Origin: an uncultured bacterium
Lineage (GTDB): Bacteria; Hydrogenedentota; Hydrogenedentia; Hydrogenedentales; JAEUWI01
Length of the DNA: 37,860 bases
Assembly (NCBI GenBank): GCA_963977445.1
Contig: CAXBPH010000033.1
Coordinates: 1 to 37,860 of the forward strand
Reading direction: 5' to 3'
Part shown: piece after piece, positions 8,805 through 16,755 of the stretch
Position numbering within the stretch: position 1 is the first letter of the stretch
How the letters are laid out: every line of letters begins with the position of its first letter
Position numbers and translations under genes: made by a program
Notes under the pieces: model-generated
Database searches by the model: none
What the model was told of the DNA's origin: nothing
The model's input: only the letters and a program-made list of their open reading frames with translations

Positions 8805-10402
8805 AGATCATTCTCCATTCTATCCAGCAACGGTGCAAACGTATCCCGATCGAGAGCGCTGAGGGGTAAGCCTTCGAAGCGTTCTGTAAGGCCATCGAGG
8901 GTCTCGGGGTCGCACTTGTCTTGTTTGTTTAAAACGATATAGGTTGGCTTGTCGTCTAATTCGAGCTCGGCCAAGAGCTTCTGAACCGCATCATATTTTT
9001 CTTCCAGATCGGGACAGGACGCATCAATCACATGAAGCAATAAATCGGCGTCCTGCAGCTCTTCAAAGGTCGTTCTGAAGGCGGCCATGAGTTCCTTCGG
9101 CAGTTCCCGAATAAAGCCCACCGTGTCGGTAATAATGACTTCACGTTCCTGGGGAAAGCGAATGCGACGAGAGACGGGGTTCAAGGTTGCGAAGAGCGCG
9201 TCTTCTGCCGTTACATTGCTATTGGTCAGGTGATTCAGCAGGGTAGATTTGCCCGCATTGGTATAGCCCACGACGGCAACGGTGGGTACACCCTTGCGTT
9301 TTCGGACACCCCGACGTAGCTCACGGCGTTCGCCAAGCTTGTTCACTTCCCGCTCAAGACCGGCGATACGATCGCTGGCCCGACGGCGGTCCACTTCAAG
9401 CTTCGTTTCACCTGGTCCCCGGCCGCCGATACCGCCGGACAAGCGGGAGAAGGCTGAACTCTTCATCCCGAGGAAAGGCTGGCGATAGCGAAGCTGGGCC
9501 AGTTCGACCTGCAGTTTGCCTTCACGGGTTACCGCGTGGAGGGCGAAGATATCCAAAATGACCTGGGTGCGGTCCACCACCTTGAGATCGGTGAACTCGC
9601 TGATACTTTTCATCTGGGAAGGCGAAAGGGGCAGGTCGAAAACCAGCATCTCTGCGCCGAGTTGCATGGCTTTAATAATCGCCGACTTGAGCTTACCCTT
9701 ACCAATGACAAACTTCGGATCGGGGCTGCGGCGCTGAATGATTTCGTGAACGATGGTAATACCCGCACTTCGCGAGAGCTCTTTGAGTTCATCGATGGAA
9801 TCCTGGGCCATGGTCTGGGGTTTGCTGGACACATGGATAACCACGGCCCGATCCAGATTGTCGCCACTCTCCCGTCCCCAGCTGAGCCGGGCAAATTCGT
9901 CTTCCAGTGCGCCGATGAACGAGAGAAAGTCTTCGGGTAACTCGTGAACCGTCGTTGGCTTGAGAATGGTCCAGGGTTCATCCCCCGCATTGGCCGGCAT
10001 CAGATGGGCCCGGTGTACTTTTCCCGGGAGCCCGTTGGCCCCCACGCCGATGGCGACAACGCAATCCAGACGCAGCAAGGCCAAGTCCGTAAGGTCATCG
10101 TCATTGAGGGGTTCTTCGTTGAGGTGGGTATGGATGAGACGCAGGCCACAAAGTCGATTGCGTCCACGCCGATTGATATCGGGGAGAAAGATTGAACGTG
10201 CATCCCCCACCACCGCTGCGGAGACCCGTCCCCGACGATCAATAAGCAAACCTATCTGACGGTTTAATTCACACGAGAGCTCCGTGATAGCACGGGCCAA
10301 CTCGGTCGATATAAGTGAATCGGGTGATACTTTACGCTTGGATAGTTTCTCGAGCTGTTTGGTCTGGTAGGCCTTGAGCCCGGATGTGTTACCGCTTAGC
10401 AG
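8774..10402 (-). CDS. hflX: GTPase HflX (long N-terminal extension type); start inferred at CTG 10402
   Basis: DRTQVILDIFA, EGKLQVELAQL, GPGETKLEVDRR, G1 GYTNAGKS, LFATL, DTVGFI, NKQD. The frame stays open upstream of TTG 10300 and encodes LLSGNTSGLKAYQ... Confidence 0.93.
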   Translation of the reverse strand: MLSGNTSGLKAYQTKQLEKLSKRKVSPDSLISTELARAITELSCELNRQIGLLIDRRGRVSAAVVGDARSIFLPDINRRGRNRLCGLRLIHTHLNEEPLNDDDLTDLALLRLDCVVAIGVGANGLPGKVHRAHLMPANAGDEPWTILKPTTVHELPEDFLSFIGALEDEFARLSWGRESGDNLDRAVVIHVSSKPQTMAQDSIDELKELSRSAGITIVHEIIQRRSPDPKFVIGKGKLKSAIIKAMQLGAEMLVFDLPLSPSQMKSISEFTDLKVVDRTQVILDIFALHAVTREGKLQVELAQLRYRQPFLGMKSSAFSRLSGGIGGRGPGETKLEVDRRRASDRIAGLEREVNKLGERRELRRGVRKRKGVPTVAVVGYTNAGKSTLLNHLTNSNVTAEDALFATLNPVSRRIRFPQEREVIITDTVGFIRELPKELMAAFRTTFEELQDADLLLHVIDASCPDLEEKYDAVQKLLAELELDDKPTYIVLNKQDKCDPETLDGLTERFEGLPLSALDRDTFAPLLDRMENDLWSPDFAPTV

Positions 10403-10490
10403 AAGACTGTACTCCTATGGATAATTGAAAAAAGGTCCGTCATCCTGTGCCCATTATCCTACTATGCCATAGCGATACGGTACAACAAGA

Positions 10491-10524
10491 AACGACCCTG
10501 CCTATATGTCTAGACAGGGTCGTT
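10491..10524 (-). terminator. Probable intrinsic terminator downstream of the TIM-barrel gene
   Basis: On the minus strand AACGACCCTGTCTA-gacata-TAGGCAGGGTCGTT forms a 14-bp stem with one G-U pair, followed by TCTTGTTGT. Confidence 0.6.
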
Positions 10525-10549
10525 ATGCATACTGGATTAGAAATCGGGT

Positions 10550-11527
10550 CTACTGGAACATCACGCGGCGAATAATCCGCTGTGATTCGGTCGCGTCCAG
10601 CGTCTTCTGGGCCTTACGAAGCTCGGTGGTATCGAGCTTTTCGAGCTTCTTGAAGAGCACATGGAGATTGCCAATAGCAATTTGCAGGGCGTGGGTCGGT
10701 TCGATGCGCTGGGGCAGCATATCGATCGTAAGGTAGCCCTTATACTTCGCCGTTTTCAGGTAGAACAAGGTCTCCATCGACTCCCAGAGATTGAGACTTC
10801 CGGGAATCATGGCATCGTCCCAAAGGCGATAACCGTCGCTGAAGTACATCTGAAAGAGTTTGCTTGACCGGGTGAGGAAGGCCACGGACTCTGCGGGATT
10901 TTCCCCAGACATCATGGCGTGGGAGAAGTTCATGGCTACACCCACGTTCTTCATGGCAATTTCCTGACACATGGAAAGGGCTTTGCCAACGGTGGCAACC
11001 GTAAGGTGCTTCCGAGGTTCGCGGGGCTTATACGCAATGGCGACGTTTACGTCGGGCGAAGCATACTTTGCGATGGTCTTGATGGAGGAAATGACCGTAT
11101 TCCAGTGGGCCGTATAGTCCACCTGGAAGGGATAATCGAAACCATCCGTGTTCAGGCGCAGGGTGATTTCTGTCGCACCGAGGGCACGGGCCAGATCAGC
11201 AGCCTTACGGCCTTCATCGATAGCGGCATTCCGGGTCTTCTGGTGCTGGTGCCCAAAACCTGCCAGTGAAAACTTACGGGAATGGCAAAGATTGGTGTTT
11301 ACACCGGAACAGGCCAGGCCATTGTCCTTCAGAAGCCGTTTCATGTCTTTGACGGGCAATTCAGAGGAAATATCGGTCTGGCTGACCTCTACTGCTTTCA
11401 AGAGCTTAATCTTTGCCGCAAGTGCAACTGCCTCGGTCACTTTGGGGACATCGCGATACCCTTCGACGCAATAGCGGTCCGGGTTGCTCGAAAAGACCCA
11501 AAGTCCCGTGGAAAATTTTGCGATCAT
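10550..11527 (-). CDS. Xylose isomerase-like TIM-barrel protein with degenerate metal site (possible pseudoenzyme)
   Basis: DGFDYPFQ.DY, YKPREPR, H....GENPAES and WDD.MIPG resemble the xylose isomerase-like family. AGGAG lies 6 nt before the ATG. Confidence 0.85.
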   Translation of the reverse strand: MIAKFSTGLWVFSSNPDRYCVEGYRDVPKVTEAVALAAKIKLLKAVEVSQTDISSELPVKDMKRLLKDNGLACSGVNTNLCHSRKFSLAGFGHQHQKTRNAAIDEGRKAADLARALGATEITLRLNTDGFDYPFQVDYTAHWNTVISSIKTIAKYASPDVNVAIAYKPREPRKHLTVATVGKALSMCQEIAMKNVGVAMNFSHAMMSGENPAESVAFLTRSSKLFQMYFSDGYRLWDDAMIPGSLNLWESMETLFYLKTAKYKGYLTIDMLPQRIEPTHALQIAIGNLHVLFKKLEKLDTTELRKAQKTLDATESQRIIRRVMFQ

Positions 11528-11709
11528 TATTGTCTCCTATTAAATACTATTGGCCCGTTTACGCTTTTAGGGCCGGATTGGAAATGCGTTCAATGCGTGG
11601 TATCTCTGGCCCCGCTGGTACGTCAGAACGCACCACGAACGTAAGAAATGGGGGAATCTGAGAGATCGCTGACCTGAAGGCATCAGGTAGCGGGCCATCC
11701 ATTGCGCGC

Positions 11710-11738
11710 ATTATATGCGATAACTACTGGGTTGTCAA
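11710..11738 (-). promoter_or_regulatory. Consensus sigma70-type promoter (TTGACA-17 bp-TATAAT) pointing toward the TIM-barrel gene
   Basis: Minus strand reads TTGACA acccagtagttatcgca TATAAT: an exact match to both hexamers with a 17-bp spacer. Confidence 0.85.
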
Positions 11739-11821
11739 TAGGTTCGCTTGAAATGGACGCTAATACTCCACCATACCCTATACTGCTAAAACCTATTAAG
11801 TGTGGTCCCTTTTCAGACCTA

Positions 11822-11843
11822 TTATACCCGCCTGCGGGTATAA
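11822..11843. promoter_or_regulatory. Perfect 10-2-10 palindrome, possible operator
   Basis: TTATACCCGC-ct-GCGGGTATAA. Confidence 0.45.
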
Positions 11844-11965
11844 AAAAGAGGCGAGTGCAGGTAGCGGGGGAACTACCATGTTGCACTCGCCGATGGTGGG
11901 AACCAGTCATTGCTGACTGATAACGCCGGGGTGTCAGGGGGAATGACTCCATGCGGCGTCACCAT
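11842..11965 (-). ncRNA. Candidate small RNA with three stem-loops (two UUCCCCC loops, one GCAA tetraloop) ending in a terminator-like hairpin
   Basis: Stems at 11918-11964, 11904-11919 and 11850-11891, followed by TCTTTTTT. G-U pairs, the GNRA loop and the U-tail all favour the minus strand. The 5' end is uncertain (could extend to ~11992). Confidence 0.55.
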
Positions 11966-12149
11966 AGTAAACATGAGACCCGGGGGCTTTATTCCCGAAT
12001 TTTACCTGATAAATGGGAAGGCATGGATATAACTGTCTTCAATGCGGCTTCTACCCACCAAATCGGGCAATTTCACTGCGAAATTCCCGTATGACGTACG
12101 ATATTTTTTACCCTTGAACTTTCCCATCTGAATTTCGCATAGTGGTGTC

Positions 12150-13292
12150 ATGTCAATTTCAGCACCACAGCGGCAGTGGCTGACCCTGAAAATGATTCCG
12201 GGGGTCGGAACCACCCTATTCGTACGCCTTCTCTCCCGTTTTGGATCCCCACAGGACGTACTCAGCGCTTCGGAAAGCGCCCTTCGCGACGTGGTGGGCC
12301 CCAAACTCGCCGAGCGAATCCGCACCTACCAGCATATGGTCGATGTCGATCGCCAGATAGCCCTGCAGGAGGAATATGGTGCCCGTATTATCACGATGGA
12401 TGATACGGCCTATCCCCTGTCGCTGGCGGAGATTTATGACCCGCCCCTGGTTCTCTTTGCCCGCGGTCATGTGGCAGCGCCCGATGCACCCTGCGTCGCC
12501 CTTGTTGGAACCCGGAAGCCATCAACCTATGGTGTCCGAATGGCCCGAAGTCTGGCCTATGATCTCGCGTTGCGGGGCATAACCGTCGTCAGCGGCATGG
12601 CGGAAGGTATAGATACGGCGGCACACGAAGGAGCCCTCGAAGCCGGCGGTCACACCATTGCCGTCCTTGGCTGCGGCGTAGATGTGGTATATCCCCCACG
12701 TAATGCGGAATTAATGCATCGGATCATTGGACAAGGGGCCGTGTACTCGTGTTTCGAGATGGGTGTCAAACCTTCCAAAGGCCATTTCCCCTATCGCAAT
12801 CGCATCATCAGCGGATTGTCCATGGGCACGGTTGTCGTGGAAGCGCCCGTAGGCAGTGGCTCGCTTATCACAGCGCGCAACGCCGCAGAACAGGGCCGGG
12901 AAGTCTATGCCGTGCCGGGTGAAGCCGGTTCCTACAACAGCCGCGGCCCCCACGCCTTGCTCCGCGAAGGTGCCAAACTGGTCGAAAGTGCCGAAGATAT
13001 CATCGTAGAACTCAACATTGGCGCCGCCCATCGTCAGTCAGAAAAACTACAGACTGAATCAGGGGGCAAACAAGAGGTCCCATCATCGAACACTCAACCT
13101 GCGCGGCCCCGTCCCAACCTTTCCGCGACGGAAGAGGTTGTTCTCGATGTACTACACAGTGAGGGCTCCTTTGTGGATGAAATCGCCGCAGCAGGTCGGG
13201 TATCCGTATCGGAAGCGCTCAGCGCACTTACTATGCTGGAGCTCAAGGGGCTCGTTCAGCAATTCAGCGGCAAGCGCTTCGCCCGACGTTGA
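12150..13292 (+). CDS. dprA: DNA-processing protein DprA
   Basis: YP..L.EIYDPP..LF, VALVGTRK, VVSGMAEGIDTAAHEGAL, FPYRNRIISGLS, VVVEA...SGSLITA, GREVYAVPG, C-terminal winged helix. Confidence 0.96.
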   Translation: MSISAPQRQWLTLKMIPGVGTTLFVRLLSRFGSPQDVLSASESALRDVVGPKLAERIRTYQHMVDVDRQIALQEEYGARIITMDDTAYPLSLAEIYDPPLVLFARGHVAAPDAPCVALVGTRKPSTYGVRMARSLAYDLALRGITVVSGMAEGIDTAAHEGALEAGGHTIAVLGCGVDVVYPPRNAELMHRIIGQGAVYSCFEMGVKPSKGHFPYRNRIISGLSMGTVVVEAPVGSGSLITARNAAEQGREVYAVPGEAGSYNSRGPHALLREGAKLVESAEDIIVELNIGAAHRQSEKLQTESGGKQEVPSSNTQPARPRPNLSATEEVVLDVLHSEGSFVDEIAAAGRVSVSEALSALTMLELKGLVQQFSGKRFARR

Positions 13293-13376
13293 GTAGCGGC
13301 AGACTTGCGCCCCTGTAGCACGGTAACGTACATTCAAGGACGTTGTCGTAGCCCCGAAACCCGTCACCGGAATTCC

Positions 13377-14372
13377 ATGCCTCCCTTCCATGCTATAGCC
13401 GAAAAAGTGCGCCAAGGTCTGCCTCTCCCCCGCCACTGGGACCTTCTCCTCCGTGCAGCGACGCCACTAACCCGCCTGGGCATGGCACATCGACTTCGAC
13501 AACCGGTCAGCGCGGTAGAGGCCCACGTGGTGAGTTTCGGCAATATCACCACGGGTGGAACAGGCAAGACGCCTGCCGTCATTGCCCGTGTACAGGATGA
13601 GATTGCAGCCGGACACCGCGTCGCCGTGATTACCCGAGGCTATGGAAGTGCGCGGGTGGTCGAGCCCTATGTCGTCGAGCCAACGATGAACCTGCACGAC
13701 GTCGCACGTCTCGTGGGCGATGAACCTGCTCTGATTCGACATCGAGCCCCGGAATGCCTGGTCATCAAGGCGGCCCGCCGTGTTGATGGTGCCCGTCTCG
13801 CTGTCGAGACGTATTCATGCGACCGTATAATCCTGGATGACGCTTACCAACATGTGCAACTCGCACGAGATGAAAATATCTGTCTCATCGACGCGTCTAA
13901 TCCTTTTGGAAGCGGCCATCTACTGCCACGGGGTATATTGCGAGAGCCCCTGGAAGCACTCAACCGGGCAACGGAACTAATCATCACGCGATGTGATCAG
14001 GCCGAGGACCTCCCGGGGTTACGTCGCCGCCTGAAGGAGTACGTCCCCCATCTTCCGGTGCGGGAGACGATGCATGCTGCGGGCCGACTCTGGAATTTAC
14101 GGACGGGTGAAACCCTTTCACCTGCGCCGGGTCTGTCTATACGAGCGGTTGCGGCCATCGGTAATCCCGAAGCCTTTCTGAAGACCCTCACCGCCCTCGA
14201 TTTGGATATTGCCGACGTCTACACCTTTCCCGATCATAGGCAAATCTCTCGAGCGGCCCTGACGTCTTCCGACCCTATTATTACGACAGAAAAAGATGCC
14301 ATGCGTATTGTCGACCCGCCCGACAACCTCTATGCCCTCGAAATCATCTTAAAAGACTGGAAAGAATCATGA
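13377..14372 (+). CDS. lpxK: Tetraacyldisaccharide 4'-kinase
   Basis: SFGNITTGGTGKTP, TRGYG, GDEP, ILDDAYQH, LLPRGILREP, FPDH, TTEKDA. Confidence 0.93.
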   Translation: MPPFHAIAEKVRQGLPLPRHWDLLLRAATPLTRLGMAHRLRQPVSAVEAHVVSFGNITTGGTGKTPAVIARVQDEIAAGHRVAVITRGYGSARVVEPYVVEPTMNLHDVARLVGDEPALIRHRAPECLVIKAARRVDGARLAVETYSCDRIILDDAYQHVQLARDENICLIDASNPFGSGHLLPRGILREPLEALNRATELIITRCDQAEDLPGLRRRLKEYVPHLPVRETMHAAGRLWNLRTGETLSPAPGLSIRAVAAIGNPEAFLKTLTALDLDIADVYTFPDHRQISRAALTSSDPIITTEKDAMRIVDPPDNLYALEIILKDWKES

Positions 14373-15730
14373 TTCTACCTAACGTTTCTCCCAGACATTG
14401 TATCTTTGCCCTCTCCCTCCTCTTCTTCGCGGCAAACACTACGGCGGCAGATCCACAGGATTTTCAGGCCGGTTTTGCGGCCGTTGATATTACGCCGACC
14501 CTCTCGGTGCCTCTATGGGGCTACGGCAAAGAGCATCGTCCCGAAAACTTGTCTACCGGCACCCACGATCCTCTTTTTGCCAAGGCCCTGGTGCTGGAAG
14601 CAGGTGAATCACGTATCGCGATCGTTGGCCTGGACCTGGGGCGGGCCCCTTTCGAACCCATGGTGCGCCGTATCGAAATCAAAGTGCGCCACAGCACCTC
14701 TATTGAGCACGTCCTGCTGATAGCATCCCATACCCACCATGGTCCGGCATTGGAACTCGTCCCGGTAGCGGATGAAAACGACGAAGGATTGAACAACGCC
14801 TTCGCCTATTACGAGGAGCTGGAAACCAAACTTGTGGCCCTTATTGAAGACGCCGCCAGCAAACTGGAGCCCGCCACGATTGGCTGGGTTTCGGGTGAGA
14901 CCAAGGTAAATCGAAATCGACACACCCAGGAAGTACCCATTCCCCGGGACCCTGAGTTATTCGTCTTACGGGTGGATAATGCTGCCGGAAACCCCATCGC
15001 TCTTGCCGTAAACATGGCCGCCCACCCCACCAATCACCCCCACGGCAACAACCAATTCAGTGCCGATTTCCCCGGTGTCATGATGGGTGCTGTCACCGAA
15101 GCGACGGGAGCGCCTTGTATGTTTTTGCAGGGTGCCGCCGGAGACATGCAATGCGATGTGGACGATAGTCTGTGGGGCAAGGTGGACCAAATGGTTGAAC
15201 CGGGGCAGCTGCTCGCGTCAGAAGTACTTGCCCTCAACGAGGGTCTCGTCACCGCGTCACCAGCACACCCGGATCTTCGTGGCGTGGAAAACACGTTCTC
15301 CTTTGGACTACGGCTGGACCTCGACAATCCCGAGGTCGCTGCGGGAATGCGGGAAGGATTCGGCGAATCTCTCTTCAACAGTTATCACGGAAAATATGGT
15401 GGCGGCGTCATGCACCCCAAGCTCACTACGGTCCTGATCAATGGGGAACTGGCCATCGTGGGCGGCTCAGGTGAATTCTTCAGCGATCTATCGGTCCAAC
15501 TGAAACACCGGTCCACCGGGCCGAAGACCATCTTTGTCGGATACTGCAATGGTCACGACATGTACTTCCCCACACGCCGGGCTATCGAGCAGGGTGGCTA
15601 CGGTGCCGATCCGGCCAGTGCGTGGGTAGCCCCTGGCGGACCGGAGAAGATGATTGATCGAGGTGTGTACAATGTGGGCGAACTCGTTCGGACCTTCACA
15701 CGCGATCGTTTACCAGCGAAGGCGGAGTAA
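14369..15730 (+). CDS. Secreted neutral/alkaline ceramidase-like (N-terminal domain) hydrolase
   Basis: Signal peptide; AGFAAVDITP, HDPL.AKALVL, ASHTHHGP, AAHPT, SADFPG, FLQGAAGD, GYCNG..YFPT motifs. Confidence 0.8.
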   Translation: MILPNVSPRHCIFALSLLFFAANTTAADPQDFQAGFAAVDITPTLSVPLWGYGKEHRPENLSTGTHDPLFAKALVLEAGESRIAIVGLDLGRAPFEPMVRRIEIKVRHSTSIEHVLLIASHTHHGPALELVPVADENDEGLNNAFAYYEELETKLVALIEDAASKLEPATIGWVSGETKVNRNRHTQEVPIPRDPELFVLRVDNAAGNPIALAVNMAAHPTNHPHGNNQFSADFPGVMMGAVTEATGAPCMFLQGAAGDMQCDVDDSLWGKVDQMVEPGQLLASEVLALNEGLVTASPAHPDLRGVENTFSFGLRLDLDNPEVAAGMREGFGESLFNSYHGKYGGGVMHPKLTTVLINGELAIVGGSGEFFSDLSVQLKHRSTGPKTIFVGYCNGHDMYFPTRRAIEQGGYGADPASAWVAPGGPEKMIDRGVYNVGELVRTFTRDRLPAKAE

Positions 15731-15735
15731 ACGGA

Positions 15736-16584
15736 TTAGTCCCGAAACCACTGCGTGATGAGTGCTGCGGTTTCGGCCGGTTTCTCCTGGGGTATGAAAT
15801 GGCCTGCGCCCGCTACGGTTTCCACACAAACCTGCTGTAGTCGCTTTTCCTGCTCTGCGACCCAATTCTGGGCATAACTATCCTCACCCGTCACGAGGCA
15901 TGCGTTCAGTTCCAGTGCATCCAACGTGTCGTAGAGGTCACTGGCCCCGCCCAACTCGTAATACCAGGCCTCTCGGGTTCCCGGGCATTTCAGCTGGCAC
16001 GTGCCATCTTCCCCGACTTCCAAGGCATGGTCCAGATAGGCATCAATGGCCCGTTCTACCCAATTTGCCATGGGGGGCTTGGAGGCGAGTCGTTCCCGGG
16101 CGGCATCTTTAGACGCAAACTCATTTTTGCGATGAGCGACCATGGTCGCCAGGCGGTTCTCCCCCTCAAAGTAGGCCCGGTCGGCAATGATTGCGTCGAT
16201 AAGCATTACTTTCCCGAAGGTCTCCGGGCTCATCTGCGCGGCGTAGGCCACGTGGGCCCCACCTGCCGAGTGCCCCACGGCGGCTACCCCTGTGCCCAGG
16301 TTAAAGTGCTTCACGACGGCCAATAGATCTTTGCCGGAATAGTCCCAACGATACTGATCGCGAGTCGCAGGTGCCTCTGAATCACCCTGGCCCCGGGTGT
16401 CGGGAGCCAGTACTCGAAACTTGTCCTCGAGGGCCTCCACGACCGGATCCCAGATGCGACCGAGCGTACCCGTGCAGTGTGCCAGTATCAGGGGTACTCC
16501 CGGTCCGCCATAGTCCCAGACGTTCAGGGCAATGCCATTGTGTCCGGATACGGTGGTGGCGACGGGCTTACGACGGAGGGGCAT
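15736..16584 (-). CDS. Alpha/beta fold hydrolase
   Basis: D.RGQGDS, nucleophile motif GHSAGG, C-terminal AGHFIPQEKP. Confidence 0.9.
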   Translation of the reverse strand: MPLRRKPVATTVSGHNGIALNVWDYGGPGVPLILAHCTGTLGRIWDPVVEALEDKFRVLAPDTRGQGDSEAPATRDQYRWDYSGKDLLAVVKHFNLGTGVAAVGHSAGGAHVAYAAQMSPETFGKVMLIDAIIADRAYFEGENRLATMVAHRKNEFASKDAARERLASKPPMANWVERAIDAYLDHALEVGEDGTCQLKCPGTREAWYYELGGASDLYDTLDALELNACLVTGEDSYAQNWVAEQEKRLQQVCVETVAGAGHFIPQEKPAETAALITQWFRD

Positions 16585-16755
16585 GGGTATAACCTTTCGG
16601 GGTGATCCTGGCAGCAGGTTGAGGGTAGCAAATTGGGCCTAGGGGTGCACCCTACTTCTGGTCGGTGGGGTTATGGAGGCGACTGGGATGCTACAGGCCC
16701 TCGCAAATGCTATCCATCGTTGGTTCGGGATACGGGCTCCCTGATTGCCCCACAA

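Noticed and set aside
11551..11703. Possible 6S RNA, SRP RNA or glutamine riboswitch downstream of the consensus promoter
   Set aside because: No long continuous rod with a central bubble, no SRP CAGG...GGAA...AGCAG motif, and no GGAAGU core between the CGUUC/GAACG arms.
11889..11930. Plus-strand GATGGTG...AACC-hairpin-CTGATAACGCC resembles a fluoride (crcB) riboswitch
   Set aside because: The P1 complement (GUUCNCC) is missing, the downstream gene is dprA over 200 bp away, and the wobble pairs, tetraloop and U-tail favour the opposite strand.
1..13292. Prepilin-like gene plus dprA as a competence locus
   Set aside because: They are 11.6 kb apart in unrelated operons; DUF1559 proteins are typically dispersed multicopy genes; no comEA, comEC or pil genes are present.
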